The translations under genes were made by a program, and so were the position numbers. 64,000 bases of DNA from Patescibacteria group bacterium (lineage in GTDB: Bacteria > Patescibacteriota > Saccharimonadia > CAILAD01 > BJGX01). Shown one piece after another: positions 18,589 to 27,757 of this stretch (position 1 is its first letter; every line of letters starts with the position of its first letter). The stretch is from assembly GCA_026397045.1 (NCBI GenBank), contig JAPLVO010000008.1, positions 20,850-84,849 of the forward strand, in the 5' to 3' direction. The notes below the pieces were generated by a model that was not told the origin of the DNA, ran no database searches, and saw only the letters and a list, made by a program, of their open reading frames with translations.

Positions 18589-19614
18589 TTAGCCCTTACC
18601 GACTAAGCCAATCATCAGCCCTAAGCCGGCGCATACAGCGCCTATTATCCACAGCCTCATTGTGACTTTTGTCTCTGGCCAGCCAATTGCCTCTAGGTGA
18701 TGATGCAGCGGTGCCGAAATAAATATTTTTCGCTTAAATAGCTTCTTGGAAATAATCTGCACCAGGCTCGAGCCTGCCTCCATAACAAAGACAAAGCCAA
18801 TAATAGGAAGGACAAAAACAGAATTCGTCAGCATTGCTACCACTCCAAGAGCCGTTCCAAGGGCAAATGAGCCTATATCCCCCATGAAAAACCTAGCCGG
18901 GAATATATTAAACCAAGTATAGGCCAGCACAGCCCCTACTGTAGCTAGGCAGAACCCAGCTATCCCGATATTACCTTGGGCTAAGGCGATGATTCCAAAG
19001 GCCCCAAAGGATGCAGCTAAGAGGCCACCCGACAGACCATCTAGGCCATCGGTTATATTCACAGCATTAGATGTGGATACAATTACCAAAACAAAGAGCG
19101 GAATATAAAGAATTCCAATTTCGAAATCCCCGACTGCTGGGATATGGATCAGGCTATATTTGAGCCTATAATAGAAGTAAAGTGCACCAATAACTGCTAT
19201 GACCATTATTAGCAAGAACTTTATTGTTGATCTAAGACCAGCGACTCCTTTACCAGAACCTCTGATGTTGATAATATCATCAATCAAGCCGATTGACCCG
19301 GCCGATATGAGGCCAAATACTAAAAGATATGTTTGATTACGCGACCAATTCGTGAGTAAAGTAACTGCAGATATCGCAATAACTGTCACAATACCAGCCA
19401 TAGTGGGTATGTTTCTTTTGTGTTTGGCAGCATGGAGCCGGGCAAACACAGTGGCTTTCTCGCCAGTAGTAGCCGTGTCTCTAATTTGCTTCCAGAGTTT
19501 TAGCTTGAACGCAAAGTATGTATATACAGGAGTCAGGGCAATTGCTACGCCAAAACCCAGTGAGGCTTGAACCAAAAGTATAAGAAAGTTTTGGGTTAAT
19601 AGTTGGTCTGTCAT
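18589..19614 (-). CDS. mraY: Phospho-MurNAc-pentapeptide transferase
   Basis: PTMAG, NAVNITDGLDGL, FMGD.GS, APLHHHLE..GWPE. Confidence 0.96.
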   Translation of the reverse strand: MTDQLLTQNFLILLVQASLGFGVAIALTPVYTYFAFKLKLWKQIRDTATTGEKATVFARLHAAKHKRNIPTMAGIVTVIAISAVTLLTNWSRNQTYLLVFGLISAGSIGLIDDIINIRGSGKGVAGLRSTIKFLLIMVIAVIGALYFYYRLKYSLIHIPAVGDFEIGILYIPLFVLVIVSTSNAVNITDGLDGLSGGLLAASFGAFGIIALAQGNIGIAGFCLATVGAVLAYTWFNIFPARFFMGDIGSFALGTALGVVAMLTNSVFVLPIIGFVFVMEAGSSLVQIISKKLFKRKIFISAPLHHHLEAIGWPETKVTMRLWIIGAVCAGLGLMIGLVGKG

Positions 19615-19646
19615 GTTTGTATACTTAATTCTACCAAAATCTGGCC

Positions 19647-21407
19647 TTAATTCCCATTCGGAGGCACCTGATAATAAATAAAGAGCTGCTTGGCGACTTC
19701 CGCAAAGGCTGGAACTGCAGTCTTTTCTGCGAATCCATCAACCTTGGGGTAATCAACTCTTACTAGCATAACAAACTTAGGATCCTCAACGGGCCCAAAG
19801 CCAACGAAACTTCCAATGTTCTTTGACTCCTCATAGCCCTGGCCATCAGCCTTAGGAACCTGTGCGGTTCCAGTTTTGCCTGCGATATTATAGCCCTTCA
19901 TCCTGGCCGGCCAACCAGACCCCTTAAGCACCACTTGCTCCATCATGCTAGCTACCGTTGCAGCCGTCTGAGCGGATATTACATTATCTCTTATAACTTC
20001 TGGCTTTTTTTGTTTGATTTCGCCAGATTGAGTGATTTCTTTGTCCACTAAGTAGGGCTTATAGAGTGTACCCCCATTAGCCACTACTGCCACAGAGTTG
20101 ATAAGCTGTAAGCTAGTGCTCGAAAGCCCCTGACCAAAGCTCATATTAGCGTAATCTACATCTGGGCTATCTGGATCTTTTATAAAACCTTTTGATTCAC
20201 CGGCCAGCTCAATGCCTGTGCGCTCACCAAAGCCAAACTTTTTGATATAGTCGTAAAATACCTCCTTGGACTTGTAAGTGATCTTATTCGGATCAGTCCC
20301 GAGCTGTTTTAATACAAATACTACCCCAGTATTTAAGGACTTCTGAATGACATCAACCATGCTTGATGTGCCATACTTCTTATTGTCAGCGTTCTTGACT
20401 ACCCTATCATCAATCTTAGATTCTCCAGTGTCCTCGTATTTAGTATCTGGTTTTACCTTGCCTGTTTCGATACCAGCCGACATTGTTATAACCTTAAAGC
20501 CAGACCCAGGCTCAAATAAATTGGTTATAGAACGATTTAAGAACTTGCTATACTCATCTTGCGGAACAGCCTGATAATTATTTGGGTCATAATAAGGATA
20601 GTTAACCATTGCTTTTATTGCTCCAGTTTTCGGGTCCATAACTATTATGCTGCCATTTTCGGCTTTATTATTTTTGACTGCCGTCTCGAGTGCTTGGGCG
20701 GCCATAGCCTGTATATTCCTGTCGATTGTGAGGACAAGGTCGCTGCCGTCTTTAGGCTTGATGAGCGTGTTCTCATTGGAAGTTATCGGCACGCCTTGAG
20801 CATCAGTTACGGCCCTGTTGACTCCATCTACGCCAGCAATTGTCTGGTTCATATACTCCTCAATACCATATTGCCCAGATTCGTCATCATTTACATAGCC
20901 GGTAATGTGCGAAAATAGCTCACCTTCTGGGTAGTTTCGGCCATCTTGAGGGATTAATATAACCCCAGCTATATTCATTTTTTTTACTTCTTCGGCTTCA
21001 TTAGATGATAGCTTTTTATTAATAACAACATAGCGCTGATCTTTATCAGATAATTTAGAGCGTAGCGCTTCGCGATCCGTGCTCCCAAGGTATCCAGATA
21101 GTTTATCAACACTTTCGTTAGGGTCCTTAATATACTTTGGGTCTGCGGCCAATAGATACCGCTGCTGGTTTAATGCGATTGGATAGAGTTCGTTATTACC
21201 ATCCTGAACATAAATCTGGCCTCTCTTGGCATTAATTACAAATTTTCTAGATTGCTGAGCATTCGCTTTTTGTATGTAGGAATTATGCATATAAACTTGT
21301 ACATAAACTAGCTTAAAAATCACAACAAACACGAAAATACACATCGTTACAGATATAAATACAATGCGCTTATTAAAATCATTGGCTGGGCTGCTGCTAT
21401 TTGGCAT
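19647..21407 (-). CDS. ftsI: Class B penicillin-binding protein (FtsI-like)
   Basis: EPGSGFK, SLN and KTGTAQ motifs; ATG 21407 lies just after the ftsL stop. Confidence 0.9.
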   Translation of the reverse strand: MPNSSSPANDFNKRIVFISVTMCIFVFVVIFKLVYVQVYMHNSYIQKANAQQSRKFVINAKRGQIYVQDGNNELYPIALNQQRYLLAADPKYIKDPNESVDKLSGYLGSTDREALRSKLSDKDQRYVVINKKLSSNEAEEVKKMNIAGVILIPQDGRNYPEGELFSHITGYVNDDESGQYGIEEYMNQTIAGVDGVNRAVTDAQGVPITSNENTLIKPKDGSDLVLTIDRNIQAMAAQALETAVKNNKAENGSIIVMDPKTGAIKAMVNYPYYDPNNYQAVPQDEYSKFLNRSITNLFEPGSGFKVITMSAGIETGKVKPDTKYEDTGESKIDDRVVKNADNKKYGTSSMVDVIQKSLNTGVVFVLKQLGTDPNKITYKSKEVFYDYIKKFGFGERTGIELAGESKGFIKDPDSPDVDYANMSFGQGLSSTSLQLINSVAVVANGGTLYKPYLVDKEITQSGEIKQKKPEVIRDNVISAQTAATVASMMEQVVLKGSGWPARMKGYNIAGKTGTAQVPKADGQGYEESKNIGSFVGFGPVEDPKFVMLVRVDYPKVDGFAEKTAVPAFAEVAKQLFIYYQVPPNGN

Positions 21408-21411
21408 ATAG

Positions 21412-21738
21412 TTATCGGGCAGTGGTATATGAAACCGTCTTGACGGCCGAAAGCTTGGCTGTTTCAGAAGCCTTTTTAGCTTCAGATATAGTTTGCAATC
21501 TGGCGGCATCGATGGAAAGATTCTCTCTTGTCGATTGGAGCTCAGTCTGCCGACTCTCTAAGTTAGATATTTTATAGTTAAATGTTGATGTTTTAGTCAC
21601 TTGATTAAGATACATCAAGCCAAGCAAAATTACCAAGCCTATCAGCATTAGAGATGTACTGACTGGCCCTGATTGTACCTTAATTTTATTTTTGACAAAG
21701 TTCTGATTCTTTCTTAGTGACATCGCTCTTGTTGACAT
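21412..21738 (-). CDS. ftsL: FtsL-like protein
   Basis: Single TM + coiled coil between rsmH and ftsI; AGGAG SD. Confidence 0.7.
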   Translation of the reverse strand: MSTRAMSLRKNQNFVKNKIKVQSGPVSTSLMLIGLVILLGLMYLNQVTKTSTFNYKISNLESRQTELQSTRENLSIDAARLQTISEAKKASETAKLSAVKTVSYTTAR

Positions 21739-21796
21739 TTAAACTCCTGATTTATTTTTGTTTTTGTTTTTGTTTTTGCTTAAATTAAGTAAGAAA

Positions 21797-21862
21797 TTAC
21801 TTAACTACACGGACTTTGAGCTTGCGGGAACGTGGAGATTGATCTTTTACTACGATACTCAT
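21797..21862 (-). CDS. 21-aa basic micropeptide MSIVVKDQSPRSRKLKVRVVK
   Basis: AAGGAG SD 8 nt before ATG, TAA stop; below the ORF-track cutoff. Confidence 0.6.
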   Translation of the reverse strand: MSIVVKDQSPRSRKLKVRVVK

Positions 21863-21889
21863 ATTTTTGACTCCTTTTTTTGTTTTTGT

Positions 21890-22786
21890 TTAATTTATCT
21901 TTTCAACGGCTCGGAGCATAGCGCTCCTTGCTCGTGGGTTGTTATCATTTTTAGAACCTTTTACTGGTTTTTTATTCACCAGTCTAAAGTTTGGTGTGCC
22001 TATTTCCATACCAGTTACATAATCTTTTTCAGAATTTGTTATTCTTTTAAAGTACTGCTTAACTATTCGATCTTCAAGGCTGTGAAAGCTAATTATCGCC
22101 ATTATCCCCTTGGACTTAAGGCACCTGCTTGCCATTGGTAAAACCCGCTCAAGACTATAAAGCTCGGCATTAACTTCAATTCTTATGGCCTGGAAAGTCT
22201 TGGTCGCTGGGTGGACCTTGGTCTTACCGGGTAGGGCGCTGGAAACTATACTAGCTAGCTCAGTGGTGCTGGCAATGGCCGACACTGACCTTGCCAAGAC
22301 GATTGCTTTGGCAATTTGTCTCGAACGGGATTCTTCACCATATTTGTATATGATGCTAGCTATGTCGGATTCGTCATATCCGTTGACTATCTCTAGGGCG
22401 TCTTTTGCCTGGGTGGTATCCATCCTCATGTCTAGCCTGGCGTCCTTACTAAAGCTAAATCCCCTTGTGGGGGTGTCTAGCTGCGGTGATGAGACACCAA
22501 GGTCCAATAGGATTCTGTCAGGCTGGGGGATATTATCCCAATTAAGCTCTGCGAAGTTGCTGTGCAGGAAATCGATGTTTGTATGGCTCGCAAATTTCTT
22601 TCTAAGATAGCTTAAGGCGTCTGTATCTCTATCCACGAGGATGAGATGTCCGCTAGGGCCAATCTTGGAAAGTATTGCTTCAGCATGTCCTCCATAGCCT
22701 GCTGTGCAGTCTAGCACGGTCTGCCCGCTTTCTAAGCCCAGAAGATCGATAGTTTGCTGTAGTAATACTGGTATGTGTAATTTCAT
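21890..22786 (-). CDS. rsmH: 16S rRNA m4C1402 methyltransferase
   Basis: HIPVLL, DCTAGYGGH, LDLGVSSPQLD, LDMRMD, ISFHSLEDRIVK, NPRARSA. Confidence 0.97.
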   Translation of the reverse strand: MKLHIPVLLQQTIDLLGLESGQTVLDCTAGYGGHAEAILSKIGPSGHLILVDRDTDALSYLRKKFASHTNIDFLHSNFAELNWDNIPQPDRILLDLGVSSPQLDTPTRGFSFSKDARLDMRMDTTQAKDALEIVNGYDESDIASIIYKYGEESRSRQIAKAIVLARSVSAIASTTELASIVSSALPGKTKVHPATKTFQAIRIEVNAELYSLERVLPMASRCLKSKGIMAIISFHSLEDRIVKQYFKRITNSEKDYVTGMEIGTPNFRLVNKKPVKGSKNDNNPRARSAMLRAVEKIN

Positions 22787-22798
22787 TGTCAAGGTCAC

Positions 22799-22951
22799 CT
22801 ATTTAGCAGCCAGCTGTTGATTTTTGTTTTTGTTTTTTTGGTAAAGTAGCTCAGGGCGGTTAGCCTCTGAACTGCTATGTGGTAAGGACTTATTTAATAA
22901 GTCCTTATTGAGTGTGTGAGATAGTTTGTGAGGTGGAGTTTGTATTAACAT
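22799..22951 (-). CDS. 50-aa upstream ORF (MLIQTPPHK...QKNKNKNQQLAAK), in frame with rsmH
   Basis: ATG 22951 to TAG 22799, immediately followed by GTG 22798 in the rsmH frame. Confidence 0.35.
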   Translation of the reverse strand: MLIQTPPHKLSHTLNKDLLNKSLPHSSSEANRPELLYQKNKNKNQQLAAK

Positions 22952-23076
22952 AAGATGCTAGGGTCTTTATTTAAGCGTCACCCTCCAGAAACGCTTACTG
23001 ACTGCCAAATAGTCGACTTTGTGTTTTTATTTTTGTTTTTTTAAGGATCTGGCTATTATAAGTCCATCGAAAGGTT

Positions 23077-23427
23077 TTACTTAGCTACTATTCGCCAGTA
23101 CTTGCCGGCACGGACCATGGCAACTGTGCGAGCATTTGTAAGTAAAGCCATTTGATGGGCTTCTAAGGTTACTCTCCCCTGCTTGGAGTCGAGTTTTGAG
23201 GTTGATTTACCGATGCGGAATTTAACGTTCAAATCAGCGATTGATTCATCTAGAATATCACCTGATAGCGCATTTTCCATTTCGTTGTCCCATACCTCTT
23301 TAGAGTAAAGGTGCAGATATTGGCCGAAGCCTTGGGTAACCACTACTTCGTTTCCTAACTCGCTCTGTAATTCTCGAGGAATTGTGAGCCTATTTTTGTC
23401 GTCTAGTTTTCTTTCGAAGTAATCCAT
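23077..23427 (-). CDS. mraZ: MraZ-like transcriptional regulator (short, divergent)
   Basis: KLDDKNRLTIP and LDSKQGRVTL SpoVT/AbrB repeats; first gene of the dcw cluster. Confidence 0.88.
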   Translation of the reverse strand: MDYFERKLDDKNRLTIPRELQSELGNEVVVTQGFGQYLHLYSKEVWDNEMENALSGDILDESIADLNVKFRIGKSTSKLDSKQGRVTLEAHQMALLTNARTVAMVRAGKYWRIVAK

Positions 23428-23440
23428 TGTCTTTTCTTTT

Positions 23441-23575
23441 GTTACCCACTTTTACCCACTAGGACTATTGTACTCCACAATCTTACCCACTGCAATAGCT
23501 TTAAGGGAGTTTTTTTATAGTTTCCAATAAGATTTTTGCAATCTTATAGAGCGAACAAAAAGCGAATTACCCACT
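23441..23575 (-). promoter_or_regulatory. MraZ-binding direct repeats
   Basis: AGTGGGTAA at 23442, 23452, 23483 and 23567, plus GTGGAGTA at 23471; the proximal copies are about 10 bp in phase. Confidence 0.8.
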
Positions 23576-23600
23576 ACTAATGTTTGCTATAATAAATTAC

Positions 23601-24098
23601 ATGAGACATCGTAAAAAGATTTCTGCAGATTATTTGCACAGTGGTTTTTTTGGTATAGAAGACAGCCTGGTGTCCACTACTGGTGCACTAGCAGGTATCG
23701 CCATTAGCTCAACCAGTAAGGCAGCAATTATTTCTGCGGCGCTAGTTATAATTGCGGTAGAATCTACTTCTATGGCCGCCAGTGAGTTTGTAAGCGAGGA
23801 GACTGAAGAAGATGTCGAGAATACCAAAAACCCTGCTAGCCCTCTAATTAGCGGCCTAATTATATTTGTTGGCTACATAGTAGCTGGCATTATTCCCCTC
23901 GCTCCCTACTTACTATTGCCTAAACTTCAGGCAATACCCGTAAGCATCGGCCTAGCCTTAACGGGGCTGTTTTTGCTTGGTATTTACAAAGGTAAAATTA
24001 GCCACAAGAGCCCGTTGCGATCAGCGCTAGAAGTGCTAATAATCGGCGGTGTTGCAGCTGGAATCGGTGTTGCAGTTGGCTTGATATTTAAGGTCTAG
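23601..24098 (+). CDS. VIT1/CCC1 family Fe/Mn transporter
   Basis: FGIEDSLVST, SMAASEFVSE, GIIPLAPY. Confidence 0.9.
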   Translation: MRHRKKISADYLHSGFFGIEDSLVSTTGALAGIAISSTSKAAIISAALVIIAVESTSMAASEFVSEETEEDVENTKNPASPLISGLIIFVGYIVAGIIPLAPYLLLPKLQAIPVSIGLALTGLFLLGIYKGKISHKSPLRSALEVLIIGGVAAGIGVAVGLIFKV

Positions 24099-24609
24099 TA
24101 ATGGCAGTTAGTTCGTGGTATTTCTGCCAATACTCTATTGGAAGTGAAGGATCGTCAATTGGAACAGAATCTTCAAAATCTTGCTGAAAAGCTGGCGAAC
24201 TAATATCTAAAATCTTTAAACCATTTGGTCCCGCTATCCAGCAATCAACCCATCCAGCACCTTCACTGACTTCACCGCTTTTCATATCAACCTCAGTAAC
24301 TTGAATTTCACCGCTCGGCAGTATTGCGAGTAGCGTGCCGCTACCTTCAACTACCTGTCGTTTCGCGGTATAACCTTCTTTGGTGATATTCATAACTGGA
24401 CATGCGGCATTGGGATTAATCTCGAATAAAGCACCGTCAGCTTGTTCTTCGGTTTTGTCTAAATATTTAATCGCAAAGATTCGATAATCTTTATTTGAGT
24501 CTATTTCTGTTAGTTCAGATTCTAAATCATATTTTATTGGGTGGAACTTTTCATCTGGTCCCAGCAGACCGCCGATATCAATACCTGGCTTTGGAGCTGT
24601 TTCAGACAT
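24088..24609 (-). CDS. Hypothetical acidic protein, possibly cupin-like
   Basis: ATG overlaps the glyQS stop; beta-rich pattern VVEGSG...CWIAG..GLKILDISSPAF. Confidence 0.6.
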   Translation of the reverse strand: MSETAPKPGIDIGGLLGPDEKFHPIKYDLESELTEIDSNKDYRIFAIKYLDKTEEQADGALFEINPNAACPVMNITKEGYTAKRQVVEGSGTLLAILPSGEIQVTEVDMKSGEVSEGAGWVDCWIAGPNGLKILDISSPAFQQDFEDSVPIDDPSLPIEYWQKYHELTAITRP

Positions 24610-25954
24610 GTAGCCTACCTGTAAGGTAACGCTTGAGTTCTTCAATCTTAATTCGTTCTTGTGCCATAGTGTCGCGATCTCGTACGGTGACGGCTTTGTC
24701 TTCTAAGCTCTCAAAGTCTACTGTCACGCAGTATGGAGTGCCAATTTCGTCTTGGCGCCTGTAGCGCTTGCCGATAGATTGGGTTTCGTCGTACTCCACA
24801 TTGTATTCACCTGCAATCGATCTAAATATCTCATGAGCAACATCGCTTAGTTCGGGTTTTTTGCTTAGCGGCAAAATAGCAACTTTAACAGGTGCGATTC
24901 TGGGGTCAAATTTCATCACCACTCGCTTCTCGTCATTAACTTCTTCTTCGGTGTAGGCATCTACAAGTGCTGCCAAAAACAGCCTATCTACACCAACTGA
25001 TGTCTCTACCACCCAAGGCAAGGTGTGCTCTTTTGACTCTTCATTAAAATATTCTAGCTTCTGACCACTGTATTTTGAGTGTCTACTTAGATCCCAGTCT
25101 CCACGATTATGGATTCCTTCCATTTCCTTGAAGCCAAATGGAAAATTATACTCGATGTCCCAGGCGTCTTTGGCGTAGTGGGCTCGCTCGTTCTCGCCAT
25201 GCTCTCTAAAGCGTAAATTATCTTTTCGCAAGAAGCTTTGGTGCCACTGCATACGGCGCTCTTTCCAGCTTTCAAAAACTTCTTTAGCATTATCGGGCTC
25301 AACGAACATTTGCATTTCGGCCTGCTCAAATTCGCGCTGTCTAAACAAGAAGTCGCCTGGAGTTATTTCGTTACGAAAGGCCTTACCTATTTGGGCCACG
25401 CCAAATGGTAATTTGGCTCGAGTTGTTTCGCGTACATTATTAAAGTTTGTGTAAATTCCCTGGCAGGTTTCGCCTCTTAAATAAGCTGTCGCGCTAGAAT
25501 CTTCAATTGGACCCAGAAAAGTCTTCATTAAAAGATTAAAATGTCTTATATCTGTCCAGTCGTGTTCTTTACAGTTTGGGCATACAATATCAATTAGCTT
25601 AGAATTGAGCTCATCTACATCAACGCTATCAATGTCTGCTAGCTTGTCGGCCCTATAGCGTTTCTTGCAAGCCTTACAGTCTATCATTGGGTCGCTAAAA
25701 CGCTCAACATGGCCACTCGCCTCCCAGACCTTTGGGCTTTGAATAATTGCACTATCTAGACCGGTGATATTCTCGTTCGTATAGACCATTTCTTTCCACC
25801 ACAGCTTCTTGAGATTATTTTTTAGCTCAACGCCGTATGGGCCAAAGTCGTACATACCGCTAACGCCACCGTATATTTCACTGGCCTGAAACACAAAACC
25901 GCGCCGCTTGGCGTAGCTAACTAACTCTTCCATGGATATTTTTGGATTGCTCAT
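24602..25954 (-). CDS. glyQS: Glycine-tRNA ligase (homodimeric type)
   Basis: KRRGF, YDFGPYG, LRGET.QG, FRNEITP, IGKRYRRQDEIGTP. Confidence 0.96.
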   Translation of the reverse strand: MSNPKISMEELVSYAKRRGFVFQASEIYGGVSGMYDFGPYGVELKNNLKKLWWKEMVYTNENITGLDSAIIQSPKVWEASGHVERFSDPMIDCKACKKRYRADKLADIDSVDVDELNSKLIDIVCPNCKEHDWTDIRHFNLLMKTFLGPIEDSSATAYLRGETCQGIYTNFNNVRETTRAKLPFGVAQIGKAFRNEITPGDFLFRQREFEQAEMQMFVEPDNAKEVFESWKERRMQWHQSFLRKDNLRFREHGENERAHYAKDAWDIEYNFPFGFKEMEGIHNRGDWDLSRHSKYSGQKLEYFNEESKEHTLPWVVETSVGVDRLFLAALVDAYTEEEVNDEKRVVMKFDPRIAPVKVAILPLSKKPELSDVAHEIFRSIAGEYNVEYDETQSIGKRYRRQDEIGTPYCVTVDFESLEDKAVTVRDRDTMAQERIKIEELKRYLTGRLHV

Positions 25955-25978
25955 TTCTATATTATAGCCCAGAATCTA

Positions 25979-26710
25979 CTAAGCATGCAAAAGCTCAGTA
26001 CTTTCGGATATAACTTTGATACTCTTTATCTTTCGATCAAAGCTATATTGTAGATAGCCCAGCAGCAAGCTAAGCGACTCCACTAAAGTTCTATTTTCTA
26101 ACTTAAGACGAAGGCAGGTAGAGATATTGTAGTTCGTGCAAATACTCCATAGCTTTACGGCATCTGGGCTAATAACAATTGCATCAATATTAGTTTTACT
26201 GCTGGCGACTCTGCCGTCGGTCATATTAAAATAATACTTACTATGGCCTTCAATCCCCCTGATGTCTGGCGCTAAGCCTGAATACTTCATCATTCCTAAG
26301 AGCGCAAAAGTTGCTGTTAATAGCACATTACTGCCACTGCCTATCTCTTCTAAGGAGCTCTTGTAGCAGTGATAAAGAGTATTATTGGGCTGGGCTTCGA
26401 TGGTTATTAAGTCTAAGACCTCTGTAATTAGCAGGGCCATGAGCCTTGCTTCAAGCTTAGCTTCAAAAAAAATGTTTAATGCTTGTGTTCGCGCAGCAAC
26501 TAGCGTTGGCAGCTTACCTTTACCGATGTAGCTAAATCGAGTCTCCACTAGCGGCTCAGTATGAGCTTGGAGCTTGGCCCTAGGCTTCTTTATGCCCTTG
26601 GCTATAAGGCTAATTTTGCCCTGCTCTAGCGTAAAAATCACTATAATCCTATCATTATCCTTGAGGCTTCTGCGCGCTATCACATAGCCGGTGCAGTCAG
26701 ACTGCCTCAC
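25979..26710 (-). CDS. recO: DNA repair protein RecO
   Basis: DRIIVIFT.EQGKI..IAKGIKKPRAKL OB fold. Confidence 0.88.
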   Translation of the reverse strand: MRQSDCTGYVIARRSLKDNDRIIVIFTLEQGKISLIAKGIKKPRAKLQAHTEPLVETRFSYIGKGKLPTLVAARTQALNIFFEAKLEARLMALLITEVLDLITIEAQPNNTLYHCYKSSLEEIGSGSNVLLTATFALLGMMKYSGLAPDIRGIEGHSKYYFNMTDGRVASSKTNIDAIVISPDAVKLWSICTNYNISTCLRLKLENRTLVESLSLLLGYLQYSFDRKIKSIKVISESTELLHA

Positions 26711-27089
26711 TTTGGCCGATCAAATCTTTAACTACCTTTGAGAATTGTGAAATCGAAAACTGAGACTTTGTATATATCCCTAAAATATTTAGGCTCACCA
26801 TGAGCTCCTTATCCATATTAAGATCCTGGGTATTCATGCCGGTTACAATTATTGTCGGGACAGTATCCCCGTTAGGCCTCTTGCGTAAATCGCGTAACAG
26901 CTCAAAGCCATTTTTATTCTTAAGCATGATATCCAGCACCAGTAAAGAAATGTTATCGGGATTAAAAATCTTAATTGCAGAATTATAGCTTTCCGCAGTT
27001 AATACTCCAATCCCCTCTAGCTCTAAGGAATGGCGATATACATCACACAACAGTTTATCGTCCTCTACTATTAATACTTTTTTATTCAT
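26697..27089 (-). CDS. Single-domain response regulator
   Basis: LIVEDD, LLVLDIML, T and K residues. Confidence 0.88.
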   Translation of the reverse strand: MNKKVLIVEDDKLLCDVYRHSLELEGIGVLTAESYNSAIKIFNPDNISLLVLDIMLKNKNGFELLRDLRKRPNGDTVPTIIVTGMNTQDLNMDKELMVSLNILGIYTKSQFSISQFSKVVKDLIGQSEAV

Positions 27090-27713
27090 TTATCCATTAT
27101 AGCTAAATGGGATCTGATTAGACAGGCTTAGCCGCATATAGACTAGCCGCATTTCGCCAGACTTCCTCCACCTGAGAGAGCCCCCGTGGCGAATTAGTAG
27201 AGTGTTGATAAACTCCACGATATCTACTCCAAAATTCATGGAGTCGGATACCGTGCCGCCTTTAATACGGACCGAAACATAGCCAGATCGGCAGCGTAAA
27301 TCGATAGCAATCTTCTTAATAGATAGATCCTCGAGGATTATGAGCAATATTATCACTTTTACAACGCTCGCAATTATGTCCCTATCCGAGATAACATTCA
27401 AAAGTGGTCTATTCCTATTAGGGGTTATTTTAATACCGGCCGCTCGATATGCCTGCGCCGCCCTATCAAAGGCCGCCATGAGGCTAGTGATAGTGCCTTC
27501 GGCTGAATCGATATTTTGACCGATGTATATAATTTGATTGAGCAGATCAATATTGAACTTATTCCTTAAAATAATTTCATTATGGTTAGGGCTTAGGGTG
27601 GCCGAATCTCCGTAACCGGTAGATAGACAATGCTCTATTATTAATTGGTCTGAGGTTATTCGCCTTACGATACTAGCCACGACTAAATTGAAGGACTCAT
27701 AATCTAATGCCAT
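27090..27713 (-). CDS. Hypothetical protein, possibly a degenerate HATPase-like domain
   Basis: Abuts the response regulator; HGGSLRW C-terminal strands but no N or G boxes. Confidence 0.5.
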   Translation of the reverse strand: MALDYESFNLVVASIVRRITSDQLIIEHCLSTGYGDSATLSPNHNEIILRNKFNIDLLNQIIYIGQNIDSAEGTITSLMAAFDRAAQAYRAAGIKITPNRNRPLLNVISDRDIIASVVKVIILLIILEDLSIKKIAIDLRCRSGYVSVRIKGGTVSDSMNFGVDIVEFINTLLIRHGGSLRWRKSGEMRLVYMRLSLSNQIPFSYNG

Positions 27714-27757
27714 ACACTCAGCTTAGACTTGCACCAACCAGTGAGCAAGCATAGGCC

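Noticed and set aside
21758-22610. Antisense ORFs here and elsewhere (e.g. 46255-46740, 51961-52473)
   Set aside because: Shadow frames opposite well-conserved genes, with no motifs or RBS.
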